Assembly (NCBI GenBank): GCA_024693325.1
Contig: JAILLA010000074.1
Span: 2,480 to 66,479, forward strand
DNA length: 64,000 bases
Direction: 5' to 3'
DNA from: Solobacterium sp.
Lineage (GTDB): Bacteria; Bacillota_I; Bacilli_A; Erysipelotrichales; Erysipelotrichaceae
Below are positions 57,507-64,000 of this stretch, one piece after another. The translations under genes were made by a program, and so were the position numbers. Under the pieces are notes generated by a model. It worked only from the letters and a program-made list of their open reading frames with translations. It was not told where the DNA came from and searched no databases. The stretch's first letter is position 1, and each line of letters begins with the position of its first letter.

Positions 57507-58586
57507 TCACTTTGCTTTGGTCTGGATGAGGTCCCTGAACGGTTCATTCAGCGGATGTCTGTCGGTATGCTTTGTTTCCTGCACATACTCAGCTAAAAGA
57601 GGTGCTGCTGCAAGATAGGCAAGGGGATTGACAAGCTGATGGACATGTACATTTGTACGGATCGCATCGGGATCATCTGTTTCCCGGTCTGTAATGATAT
57701 AAGCTCTGTCGGTAACGGTCTTGACGGCATGATATACCTGATGGATGCGGTCTGAACTCCTGTCATCGTTGGAATCATAGAAGATCACGGTATAGTCCGG
57801 GTTCAGCGGATATTCCGGTCCATGCAGGAACTCTTCAACTTCATAGGCACTGGCATGTACCTTGACGGATTCATCGATCTTCAGTGCTGCTTCGACAGCT
57901 GTGGACAGATTGGTACCGGCAGAAACGACCCAGACATTATGCATGGACAGGAGGTCTTTCTGATGTGTCTGTATGAATGCGAACGAAGATGCCTGCAGCT
58001 CTCTGTGCGCATCAACTGTTTTGCGCATTTCTTCTTTCCAGCATTCTTTTTCCTGTTCCGTGATCTTTCCTGACGCACAGGCTGCTTCCAGCCCAAACAG
58101 CATCAGATACAGTGCCAGCGTAACGACACCTTTTGTGACCATGCCGACCTTCTCAATACCGACACCCCAGTCAACAGTCAGATCACAGATGTCTTTGAAA
58201 GGTGATTCCGTATTTCCGGTAATTCCGATGGCACGGCAGCCGCGCTGCCTGATCAGCTGAAGCGCTTCGATGGAATTGGTGCTTCTGCCTGATTGGGAAA
58301 CGACCAGGATCAGGTCATGTTCATCAAACTCATCTTCGTAGTGTACAAAGGTGAAAGGGGAAAGCAGATCGACACGGATGCCGAGGATATGATGCAGGTA
58401 TGATCTCGCGCACAGGCATCCGTTATAGGACGATCCGCATGCGACCAGAAGAATGCGCTGATAATTTCCGGCCAGAAATTCCTGTACCAGTGATGCGGTC
58501 AGCTCACTGCTGTGAGCGATGTTGTTCAGGACATATTCCGGTGTTTCCAGAACATAGTCCTTCATTGTCAGTTTCTTTTCTTCCAT
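57507..58586 (-). CDS. double-SIS-domain sugar-phosphate isomerase/deaminase (AgaS/FrlB/GlmS-C-like)
   Basis: LVACGSSYN and VVSQSGRSTNSIEAL motifs. Confidence 0.8.
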   Translation of the reverse strand: MEEKKLTMKDYVLETPEYVLNNIAHSSELTASLVQEFLAGNYQRILLVACGSSYNGCLCARSYLHHILGIRVDLLSPFTFVHYEDEFDEHDLILVVSQSGRSTNSIEALQLIRQRGCRAIGITGNTESPFKDICDLTVDWGVGIEKVGMVTKGVVTLALYLMLFGLEAACASGKITEQEKECWKEEMRKTVDAHRELQASSFAFIQTHQKDLLSMHNVWVVSAGTNLSTAVEAALKIDESVKVHASAYEVEEFLHGPEYPLNPDYTVIFYDSNDDRSSDRIHQVYHAVKTVTDRAYIITDRETDDPDAIRTNVHVHQLVNPLAYLAAAPLLAEYVQETKHTDRHPLNEPFRDLIQTKAK

Positions 58587-58710
58587 GATGATTTATACTC
58601 CGGTTCTGCTGCTTTTATCATAGCAGGCATAGCCGGATCTTCCTTTCAGAATTCAGTTCAATCCTGAAGGGTTTTGAAACATCATTAAATTTTGTGATCT
58701 GCACTAAACC

Positions 58711-58738
58711 TTGAAAAGGTGATCTGCTGTGCTATGAT
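58711..58738 (+). promoter_or_regulatory. sigma-A-like promoter facing the toxin 3-prime end (copy 1)
   Basis: TTGAAA, 16 nt, then TGcTATGAT (extended -10). Confidence 0.5.
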
Positions 58739-58744
58739 AAATCT

Positions 58745-58832
58745 ATAAAAGGGTCACCGAATGACGGTTGTCCTCGAAAATTAACGAAGTCGATCGCTAA
58801 CGTTTGTCAGACACTGAGCGGTCGACTTTCGC
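58745..58832 (+). ncRNA. predicted cis-antisense RNA (candidate antitoxin), copy 1; ends are approximate
   Basis: Lies downstream of the promoter. An 11-bp hairpin (58787-58797 / 58818-58828) pairs fully only in the plus-strand transcript. It overlaps the toxin stop codon and C-terminal codons. Confidence 0.35.
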
Positions 58833-58919
58833 ATTAATATAAGATGCGATCTGCAGGCCAAGGGCTATGGACGCAATGGTAATTCCGATGATCGAAAGTA
58901 CCGTATTAATATCGAACAT
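58797..58919 (-). CDS. 40-aa hydrophobic peptide, candidate type I toxin (MFDINTVLSIIGITIASIALGLQIASYINAKVDRSVSDKR)
   Basis: ATG (58919) to TAG (58797), translated by hand. GAGGAGGTG lies 9 nt upstream. The peptide has a single TM-like helix and a charged tail. It is below the ORF-track length cutoff. Confidence 0.6.
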   Translation of the reverse strand: MFDINTVLSIIGITIASIALGLQIASYINAKVDRSVSDKR

Positions 58920-59049
58920 AGAGACACACCTCCTCAGCGTTGTTTATCGTTTTGGAGGGGAGTCGCTTCCTCCCCTTGGATGCAGGAGGACAACCGCCAC
59001 CGTTATGATGACCCAATCATATATACGTAATTTTATTTCATTTTCCGTA

Positions 59050-59077
59050 TTGAAAAGATGATCCGCAATGCTATATT
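59050..59077 (+). promoter_or_regulatory. sigma-A-like promoter facing the toxin 3-prime end (copy 2)
   Basis: TTGAAA, 16 nt, then TGcTATATT. It sits at the equivalent position in the second cassette. Confidence 0.5.
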
Positions 59078-59083
59078 GAACTT

Positions 59084-59172
59084 GTATTCAAGGTCACTGT
59101 ATGACGGTTGTCCTCGAAAATTAACGAAGTCGATCGCTAACGTTTGTTGGACAGAGAGCGGTCGGCTTTCGT
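59084..59172 (+). ncRNA. predicted cis-antisense RNA (candidate antitoxin), copy 2; ends are approximate
   Basis: The equivalent hairpin is 59127-59137 / 59158-59168, with two G-U pairs. Confidence 0.35.
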
Positions 59173-59259
59173 ATTGATATAAGATGCGATCTGCAGGCCT
59201 GAGCCTATTGATGCAATGGTAATTCCGATGATCGAAAGTACCGTATCAATATCAAACAT
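59137..59259 (-). CDS. 40-aa hydrophobic peptide, second copy (MFDIDTVLSIIGITIASIGSGLQIASYINTKADRSLSNKR)
   Basis: Same length and frame as copy 1. There are 15 nt differences (5 silent codon changes, 7 aa changes) with no stop or frameshift. SD is GGGGAGGTG. Confidence 0.6.
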   Translation of the reverse strand: MFDIDTVLSIIGITIASIGSGLQIASYINTKADRSLSNKR

Positions 59260-59384
59260 AGAGACACACCTCCCCAGCGTTGTTTAGCGTTTTGAAGGGA
59301 GCCGCTTCCTCCCCTTGGATGCAGAAGGACGACTGCTACCGTTATAGTGACCTGATGATACATATCTTTTGTTGGAACGCCGGA

Positions 59385-59417
59385 TGAAAAATTCCCGGAA
59401 ACTGTGATTTCCGGGAA
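59385..59417 (-). terminator. intrinsic terminator after the methyltransferase gene
   Basis: The minus strand reads TTCCCGGAAATCACAGTTTCCGGGAATTTTTC, a 10-bp stem. Confidence 0.75.
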
Positions 59418-59427
59418 CATTCGGGGT

Positions 59428-60300
59428 TCATTTTACTTCAACGACCAGGGAACATGTATTTCTCCAGTTGTCTTTGATCTGTTCTGCGCATTCTGTACTC
59501 AGCCGTTCAAGTGATCTGAGCTGAAGGGAATCAGTGTACAGAGGTACTTTTGTGACGGTAAACCCGTTTGATTCAAGCGCTTCGGTTATTTCATCCAGGG
59601 ACTGCCAGCCGTTTGCTGTGCGGTCTCTTTTGACGATGCGGTCAAGTATGGAGATCACCTGCTCGTAAATACTCAGGGCACCGCTGCCGAGGACTGCCTC
59701 AAATACTTCCGGCAGCATCCTGTCCGGTTCTGCGTCGGGAATGATCCAGCATCCTCCGCTCCTCTTCAGCAATGCTTTCAGCTGGTCCATCAGCATCTGC
59801 TTCTGGTCAAGTGTCAGATAGGTAAGAAGTGCCTGGGTGATGATGGTCTCCGATGAATTCATGGAAGAGATCAGTTCATCCAGTTCCTCGTATTTTGTCA
59901 GGTCTGCGCTGAAATAGTGATTATGGGCAAAGGCTTTCGCGCCGACAAGATGATGGATGTGATGTCTCAGATGTTCCGCAACATCCGGCAGATCGACACC
60001 GATATAGATATGGTCCGGATCACAGAATCTCAGAACACGGGGGGAATACCCGCAGGCAAGATCAAGGATCAGCGGATTGTCATGTTCCTGTATCAGCTGG
60101 TTGGTACGCTCATACAGGACTTCCGAGATCAGGGCAATGCACTGGGGCAGGAGATCTGCCATCGGTATATGTGAAAAGACGCCGAGTATTCCCGTTGAAA
60201 ACCCCAGTACGCTCTGGAATGTGACGGCTTCTTCAATGCCGAGGTCCGCCAGCATCAACAGGTTGGCCTGGGCGGTGTTGCTGACTCTGGATTTTTTCAT
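59428..60300 (-). CDS. class I SAM-dependent methyltransferase
   Basis: ILDLACGYSPR (motif I) and IYIGVDLP (motif II). Confidence 0.7.
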   Translation of the reverse strand: MKKSRVSNTAQANLLMLADLGIEEAVTFQSVLGFSTGILGVFSHIPMADLLPQCIALISEVLYERTNQLIQEHDNPLILDLACGYSPRVLRFCDPDHIYIGVDLPDVAEHLRHHIHHLVGAKAFAHNHYFSADLTKYEELDELISSMNSSETIITQALLTYLTLDQKQMLMDQLKALLKRSGGCWIIPDAEPDRMLPEVFEAVLGSGALSIYEQVISILDRIVKRDRTANGWQSLDEITEALESNGFTVTKVPLYTDSLQLRSLERLSTECAEQIKDNWRNTCSLVVEVK

Positions 60301-60323
60301 GATCGTTCCTCCTCGTGTATGTA

Positions 60324-61082
60324 TTATTCACTCATGACAAGTGTGAACATTGTTTCCATTCCGTTCATGGAAAGCCTGTATTCACCGGTCTCAAGCGGTT
60401 CAAGATCACTGATATCCCTGTGCAGTACGATCTTGGCTCCGTCTGCCAGTTCGTGGGAAACATCGTCCTTGTCTTTGGGTTCAGGCAATGGAAGTGTATG
60501 CCATTCATTTCCCTGTTTCCTGCTCAGTTCAAACGCTTCACCATACTGCCATATACTGCCGCTCTGATTCTGCAGTGTCACTTCCAGCATCCCTTTGGAA
60601 TAACCTGTTACTTCTAAGGAAATACCGTCTGTTTCGGAAGACTTATGTGCATCCAGCATCATGATGGGCCGGATGAGGTCAGAATATGATTCCTTAGGAC
60701 CGGTCCAGGTATTGATGCCTCCGAACTCTTTGATACTGGTATATCCGAGATCTGCAAGCTTTTGTGCTGCCTGCTTTGAACGGTTGCCGGACCTGCAGTA
60801 TACAAGGATCACCTGATCCTTGTCCGGAAGCAGGGCAGGGGGTTCAGTTCCGATGGACTCGTTGGGCAGGTTCACAGCACCGGAAATATGCTCGTCCGCA
60901 TATTCCTGTTCCGTACGGACATCAAGGATCATGATGTTCTGTTCCTTCTGCATGATCTCCAGAGCTTCTGCCTGGGAAATGCTCTGCCATGTGTTCTGCG
61001 CAGCTGAAGAACAGCCTGTAAATAACAGACTGAAAATGACTGCTGAGATGCCCTGAACGAAATGTATTCCATACCGTTTCAT
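60324..61082 (-). CDS. rhodanese-domain lipoprotein with a C-terminal beta-rich (Ig-like) domain
   Basis: Internal start MKRYG... with lipobox LFTGC. The rhodanese active-site loop is YCRSGNRS. Confidence 0.8.
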   Translation of the reverse strand: MKRYGIHFVQGISAVIFSLLFTGCSSAAQNTWQSISQAEALEIMQKEQNIMILDVRTEQEYADEHISGAVNLPNESIGTEPPALLPDKDQVILVYCRSGNRSKQAAQKLADLGYTSIKEFGGINTWTGPKESYSDLIRPIMMLDAHKSSETDGISLEVTGYSKGMLEVTLQNQSGSIWQYGEAFELSRKQGNEWHTLPLPEPKDKDDVSHELADGAKIVLHRDISDLEPLETGEYRLSMNGMETMFTLVMSE

Positions 61083-61252
61083 ATGATCCTGATACTCCGC
61101 TATGCTTAAACATATAGTATCAGATTCTGCGGGTAATTTGACATGTATGGGAACACTTCCTGCAGTCTGCCTGGGCATCAGAAGAATGAACAGTTTTCAT
61201 TTCCTGTATAATGTGGGCGTCGTTTTTTCAGACGCAATGGAGGATAAGTATC

Positions 61253-62104
61253 ATGAAAAAACCCTCAGACTGCTATATACTCTCAAACAATGTACAGATC
61301 CCATGCATCGGATTCGGTACCTGGCAGACACCGGACGGTGAGGTCGCTGCGAATTCAGTCAGATGCGCGATCGAATCCGGCTACCGTCATATCGATACAG
61401 CCCAGGCATACCATAATGAAGGAAGCGTAGGACTCGGTATCCGCCAGAGCGGTATTGCCAGAGAAGACCTCTTCATTACAACAAAACTGCATAACAACAA
61501 TCATACCTATGACCTGACCATGTCTTCCTTTGAGGAAAGCATCCGTCAGCTTGGTGTAGACTATCTGGACCTGTTCCTGATCCACTGGCCTAACCCGATC
61601 AAATACAGAGACTGCTGGCAGCAGGCAAATGCCGAAAGCTGGAGGGCAATGGAAGAACTGTATAAAGCAGGAAAGATCCGTTCGATCGGTGTTTCCAACT
61701 TCCGTCCTCACCACATTGAAGAACTGATGAAAACAGCAGAGATCATGCCGATGGTCAACCAGATCCGTCTGTGTCCCGGAGACACACAGGATGCTGTCGT
61801 TGACTACTGCAGGGAAAAAGGCATCCTGCTGGAAGCCTACAGTCCCCTTGGCGTAGGCGCAGTCTTCCAGGTGCCCGAAATGCAGGAACTTGCGAAAAAG
61901 TATGACCGCACGATTGCACAGGTCTGCATCAGATGGAGCCTGCAGAGAGGTTATCTGCCGCTGCCGAAGTCTGTTACGCCGTCCAGGATCGCTGAGAACC
62001 TCGGTGTGTTTGACTTTGAACTTGATGAAGCGGATGTACAGTTCATGGCAGGACTGACAGGCTGTGCAGGAACAGAACGTGATCCGGATACGATCACATT
62101 CTGA
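61253..62104 (+). CDS. aldo/keto reductase (2,5-diketo-D-gluconate reductase-like)
   Basis: GFGTWQ, IDTAQAYHNE, LFITTKL, and IHWP. Confidence 0.9.
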   Translation: MKKPSDCYILSNNVQIPCIGFGTWQTPDGEVAANSVRCAIESGYRHIDTAQAYHNEGSVGLGIRQSGIAREDLFITTKLHNNNHTYDLTMSSFEESIRQLGVDYLDLFLIHWPNPIKYRDCWQQANAESWRAMEELYKAGKIRSIGVSNFRPHHIEELMKTAEIMPMVNQIRLCPGDTQDAVVDYCREKGILLEAYSPLGVGAVFQVPEMQELAKKYDRTIAQVCIRWSLQRGYLPLPKSVTPSRIAENLGVFDFELDEADVQFMAGLTGCAGTERDPDTITF

Positions 62105-62140
62105 TCAGATTATCAAATACCTCTGAATGGATGAATTAAG

Positions 62141-62185
62141 ACTTTCACATTACATGTGCTGCAGCAGGGTGTGAAAGTTTTTTTC
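62141..62185 (+). terminator. intrinsic terminator
   Basis: ACTTTCACA...TGTGAAAGT stem followed by TTTTTTT. Confidence 0.7.
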
Positions 62186-62344
62186 TGTGTTCAAAGGTGA
62201 AAGAACCGGACATTGTTCATACAGTATTCCTGAATATGAGACGAACTGTATGCGGTTGACAAAAATAGACCGCTGTTCTTTTTGATATACTTTCGGTTAT
62301 AAGAAACAGGACTGCGTATATCCGGTATACGCAGGGAGGTGTTT

Positions 62345-64000
62345 ATGGACAGGAAATGGAAGAAGATCGTTTCATCGATGATGAGCATCCTGATGGTGGT
62401 AGGTATGCTGCAGATTCCGGCATATGCCGAAGAAGAAACGGTTTTTGAGGAAGAGACAGCTGCAGAAGAAGCAGTGATCATGGAAGAAACAGAAGAAACT
62501 GCTCTTCCGGATGAAACGGAACTTACTGAAGAAACAGTTATTTCTGAAACCGAGGAAGCGATTCCGGACGAAGAGGAACCTGAGGCAGAAGAACCTGAGG
62601 CAGAAGAGCCTGAAGCTGTACAGGAAGAAGAACCTGAAACAGAAGTGATCCCGGCTGAGACTGCAGAAGAAGCGGAAGTCTACAGTATTCCCGATCTTAC
62701 GGAAAAACTCCGGCTGACGGTAACTCCTGACAAACAGTACGTTTCGATGCGTCTGTATGCATCGGAAGATGTTTATGAACAGATCAAGAATGAAACACTA
62801 TACATACTGTATACCGAGAATATCGGATTCGGAGATCTGAAGGATCTTGACGCATACACCAGCGTCGATATGAAAAATGCCGGTGTCCAGATGGAGTGGC
62901 GTGAACCCGGTGATAATAACTGGGGCAATTACTATGACAGCAGGACACAATCCTACGTTTACAATCTCGGCATTACATTCACGACAAGGATGTCCACAGA
63001 CTATGAGATCGCGATCGCGTTGAGGACCGGAGATCTTCCTGAGCAGGGTGAAGAGAATTCATCTGCGATGTGCTGCCTTTACGATATCATCGTCGACGGA
63101 CGTTATAAGCTGATCACGGACTACTATACATTCCGTACGGAAGATCCGCTGGAAGAAACACAGGTCAAAATTACAGATATAAAGGTGTCGAACGGCTATG
63201 CATATTCCGGTGTCAGTATCCTTTACGATAACCCTCTGACAGAACAGATCCAGAGAACCGGATACCTGGACGGGGAAGGGGAAGTCCACTGGTTTGCCGG
63301 ATCATCCGCTTCTGAAAAGATTGACGGAAGATACCGTTCATACAGTGTGCTCCTGAATAACGGAAAGACCTTTAAGATCAGACCGTTTGTCCGTGTGCAG
63401 ATGTCGGATGATTATGATGATTACCAGGATGTGATCGGAGAAGAAGTCGAGATCACGTTTGTGCCGTTTACAAAAGACCTGATCGTCCGTCAGGAAGGAT
63501 CAGGCACAGGCATGTTCTGGGCGGATCTCACCATGACAGAGTACAGCATGGCTGATACGGCAATGCAGCCAAAACTGTATTACCGCAAAAAAGGTGAGAC
63601 ACAATTTAAAGGACCCAATAGCGCGAGCTTCAGCGGTGATACAGGCAAAGCGCATATTATCGTCAGCGGCCTGGAAAGCGGCGCTGAATATGAGTACTAC
63701 GTAAAGGTCGACGCACGTGAATCCTTTGAGACTTCATATGTACAGACGCTCTGGTCAGACGGTACCCCGGAAGCACCTTTGAGCATCACTGTCGGCGAAA
63801 CAAGAACGCTTGCGGAAGCTGATTTTACAGATCCGCTGCTTTACCAATACCTGGTAAAGAAATACGGTAAAAATAATACCCTGACAACAGGAGACCTTGC
63901 CGGAGTGACAGGCCTTTCCATGATGTGGAGTGAAGGTCAGTTTGAAAGACCGCTGTATTCCCTGGGAGGGATCGAGTACTTCAGCAGCTTAACATTCATC
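62345..64000 (+). CDS. secreted cell-surface protein, 5-prime partial (runs off the window): signal peptide, acidic E/P-rich repeats, beta-rich domains, start of LRR-like repeats
   Basis: GGGAGG lies 5 nt before the ATG at 62345. The frame is open for 552 codons to the window edge. The signal peptide is MDRKWKKIVSSMMSILMVVGMLQIPAYA. This ORF is not in the ORF track. Confidence 0.75.
   Translation, partial: MDRKWKKIVSSMMSILMVVGMLQIPAYAEEETVFEEETAAEEAVIMEETEETALPDETELTEETVISETEEAIPDEEEPEAEEPEAEEPEAVQEEEPETEVIPAETAEEAEVYSIPDLTEKLRLTVTPDKQYVSMRLYASEDVYEQIKNETLYILYTENIGFGDLKDLDAYTSVDMKNAGVQMEWREPGDNNWGNYYDSRTQSYVYNLGITFTTRMSTDYEIAIALRTGDLPEQGEENSSAMCCLYDIIVDGRYKLITDYYTFRTEDPLEETQVKITDIKVSNGYAYSGVSILYDNPLTEQIQRTGYLDGEGEVHWFAGSSASEKIDGRYRSYSVLLNNGKTFKIRPFVRVQMSDDYDDYQDVIGEEVEITFVPFTKDLIVRQEGSGTGMFWADLTMTEYSMADTAMQPKLYYRKKGETQFKGPNSASFSGDTGKAHIIVSGLESGAEYEYYVKVDARESFETSYVQTLWSDGTPEAPLSITVGETRTLAEADFTDPLLYQYLVKKYGKNNTLTTGDLAGVTGLSMMWSEGQFERPLYSLGGIEYFSSLTFI

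Larger units (their letters stand above)
58711..59018. repeat. cassette copy 1 of a ~340-bp tandem duplication
   Basis: Aligns base for base with 59050-59356, with scattered substitutions and about one indel. Confidence 0.85.
59050..59356. repeat. cassette copy 2 of the ~340-bp tandem duplication
   Basis: See copy 1. Confidence 0.85.

Noticed and set aside
58700-59380. Possibility that the 340-bp duplication is a CRISPR array or an IS/MITE
   Set aside because: There are only two long units with no short repeat-spacer periodicity. The inverted repeat is only 11 bp perfect (about 25 bp imperfect). There are no target-site duplications and no transposase, and the unit has internal coding and promoter logic.
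58867-59420. Track ORFs 58867-59061 (+, 64 aa) and 59205-59420 (-, 71 aa) in the duplicated cassettes
   Set aside because: Neither is conserved between the two cassette copies as an open frame of the same length, and neither has an RBS. The 40-codon minus-strand frame with a GGAGG RBS is conserved in both copies and explains the region better.

Overview
This 64 kb window looks like chromosome from a Bacillota (Firmicutes) type anaerobe; the taxon is my inference from gene content, lipoprotein signals and GGAGG ribosome-binding sites. Most of it is ordinary, roughly 50-57% G+C metabolic and transport genes. These include a mannose-family PTS locus with a PRD-type regulator, a ChbG-like deacetylase and nagA (2.3-9.7 kb). 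There is also an M20 amidohydrolase next to a polar amino-acid ABC transporter (28-32 kb), and a run of small housekeeping or stress genes (32-39 kb). Further on come larA, a GH2 glycosidase with a GPH symporter and an AraC regulator (42.8-47.9 kb), and a TetR / acyl-CoA dehydrogenase / EtfBA / radical SAM / LarA-like-DUF1537 kinase / PdxA2 cluster (47.9-56.3 kb). Two regions stand out. (1) A clearly AT-richer accessory island at about 9.8-28.1 kb has no recognisable integrase or transposase. It is filled with unrecognised proteins, zinc-ribbon proteins and lipoproteins, and it contains a tightly coupled three-gene module: an ADP-ribosylglycohydrolase fusion, a cytoplasmic DNase-I-like EEP enzyme and a 765-aa protein. 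I treat this module as a candidate conflict (defence or immunity) system. (2) An apparently gene-free gap at 58.7-59.4 kb holds two tandem ~340-bp cassettes. Each encodes an intact 40-aa hydrophobic peptide on the minus strand, which is below the ORF-track cutoff, with a strong SD and CCUCC anti-SD elements. Each also has a conserved convergent sigma-A-like promoter and an RNA hairpin on the plus strand. This is the architecture of a duplicated type I toxin-antitoxin system. I recognised no rRNA, tRNA, CRISPR array or transposase. A long ORF that runs off the right edge (62345-64000, secreted LRR-type surface protein) is missing from the supplied ORF track. All function calls come from motif recognition by eye; no database search was run.
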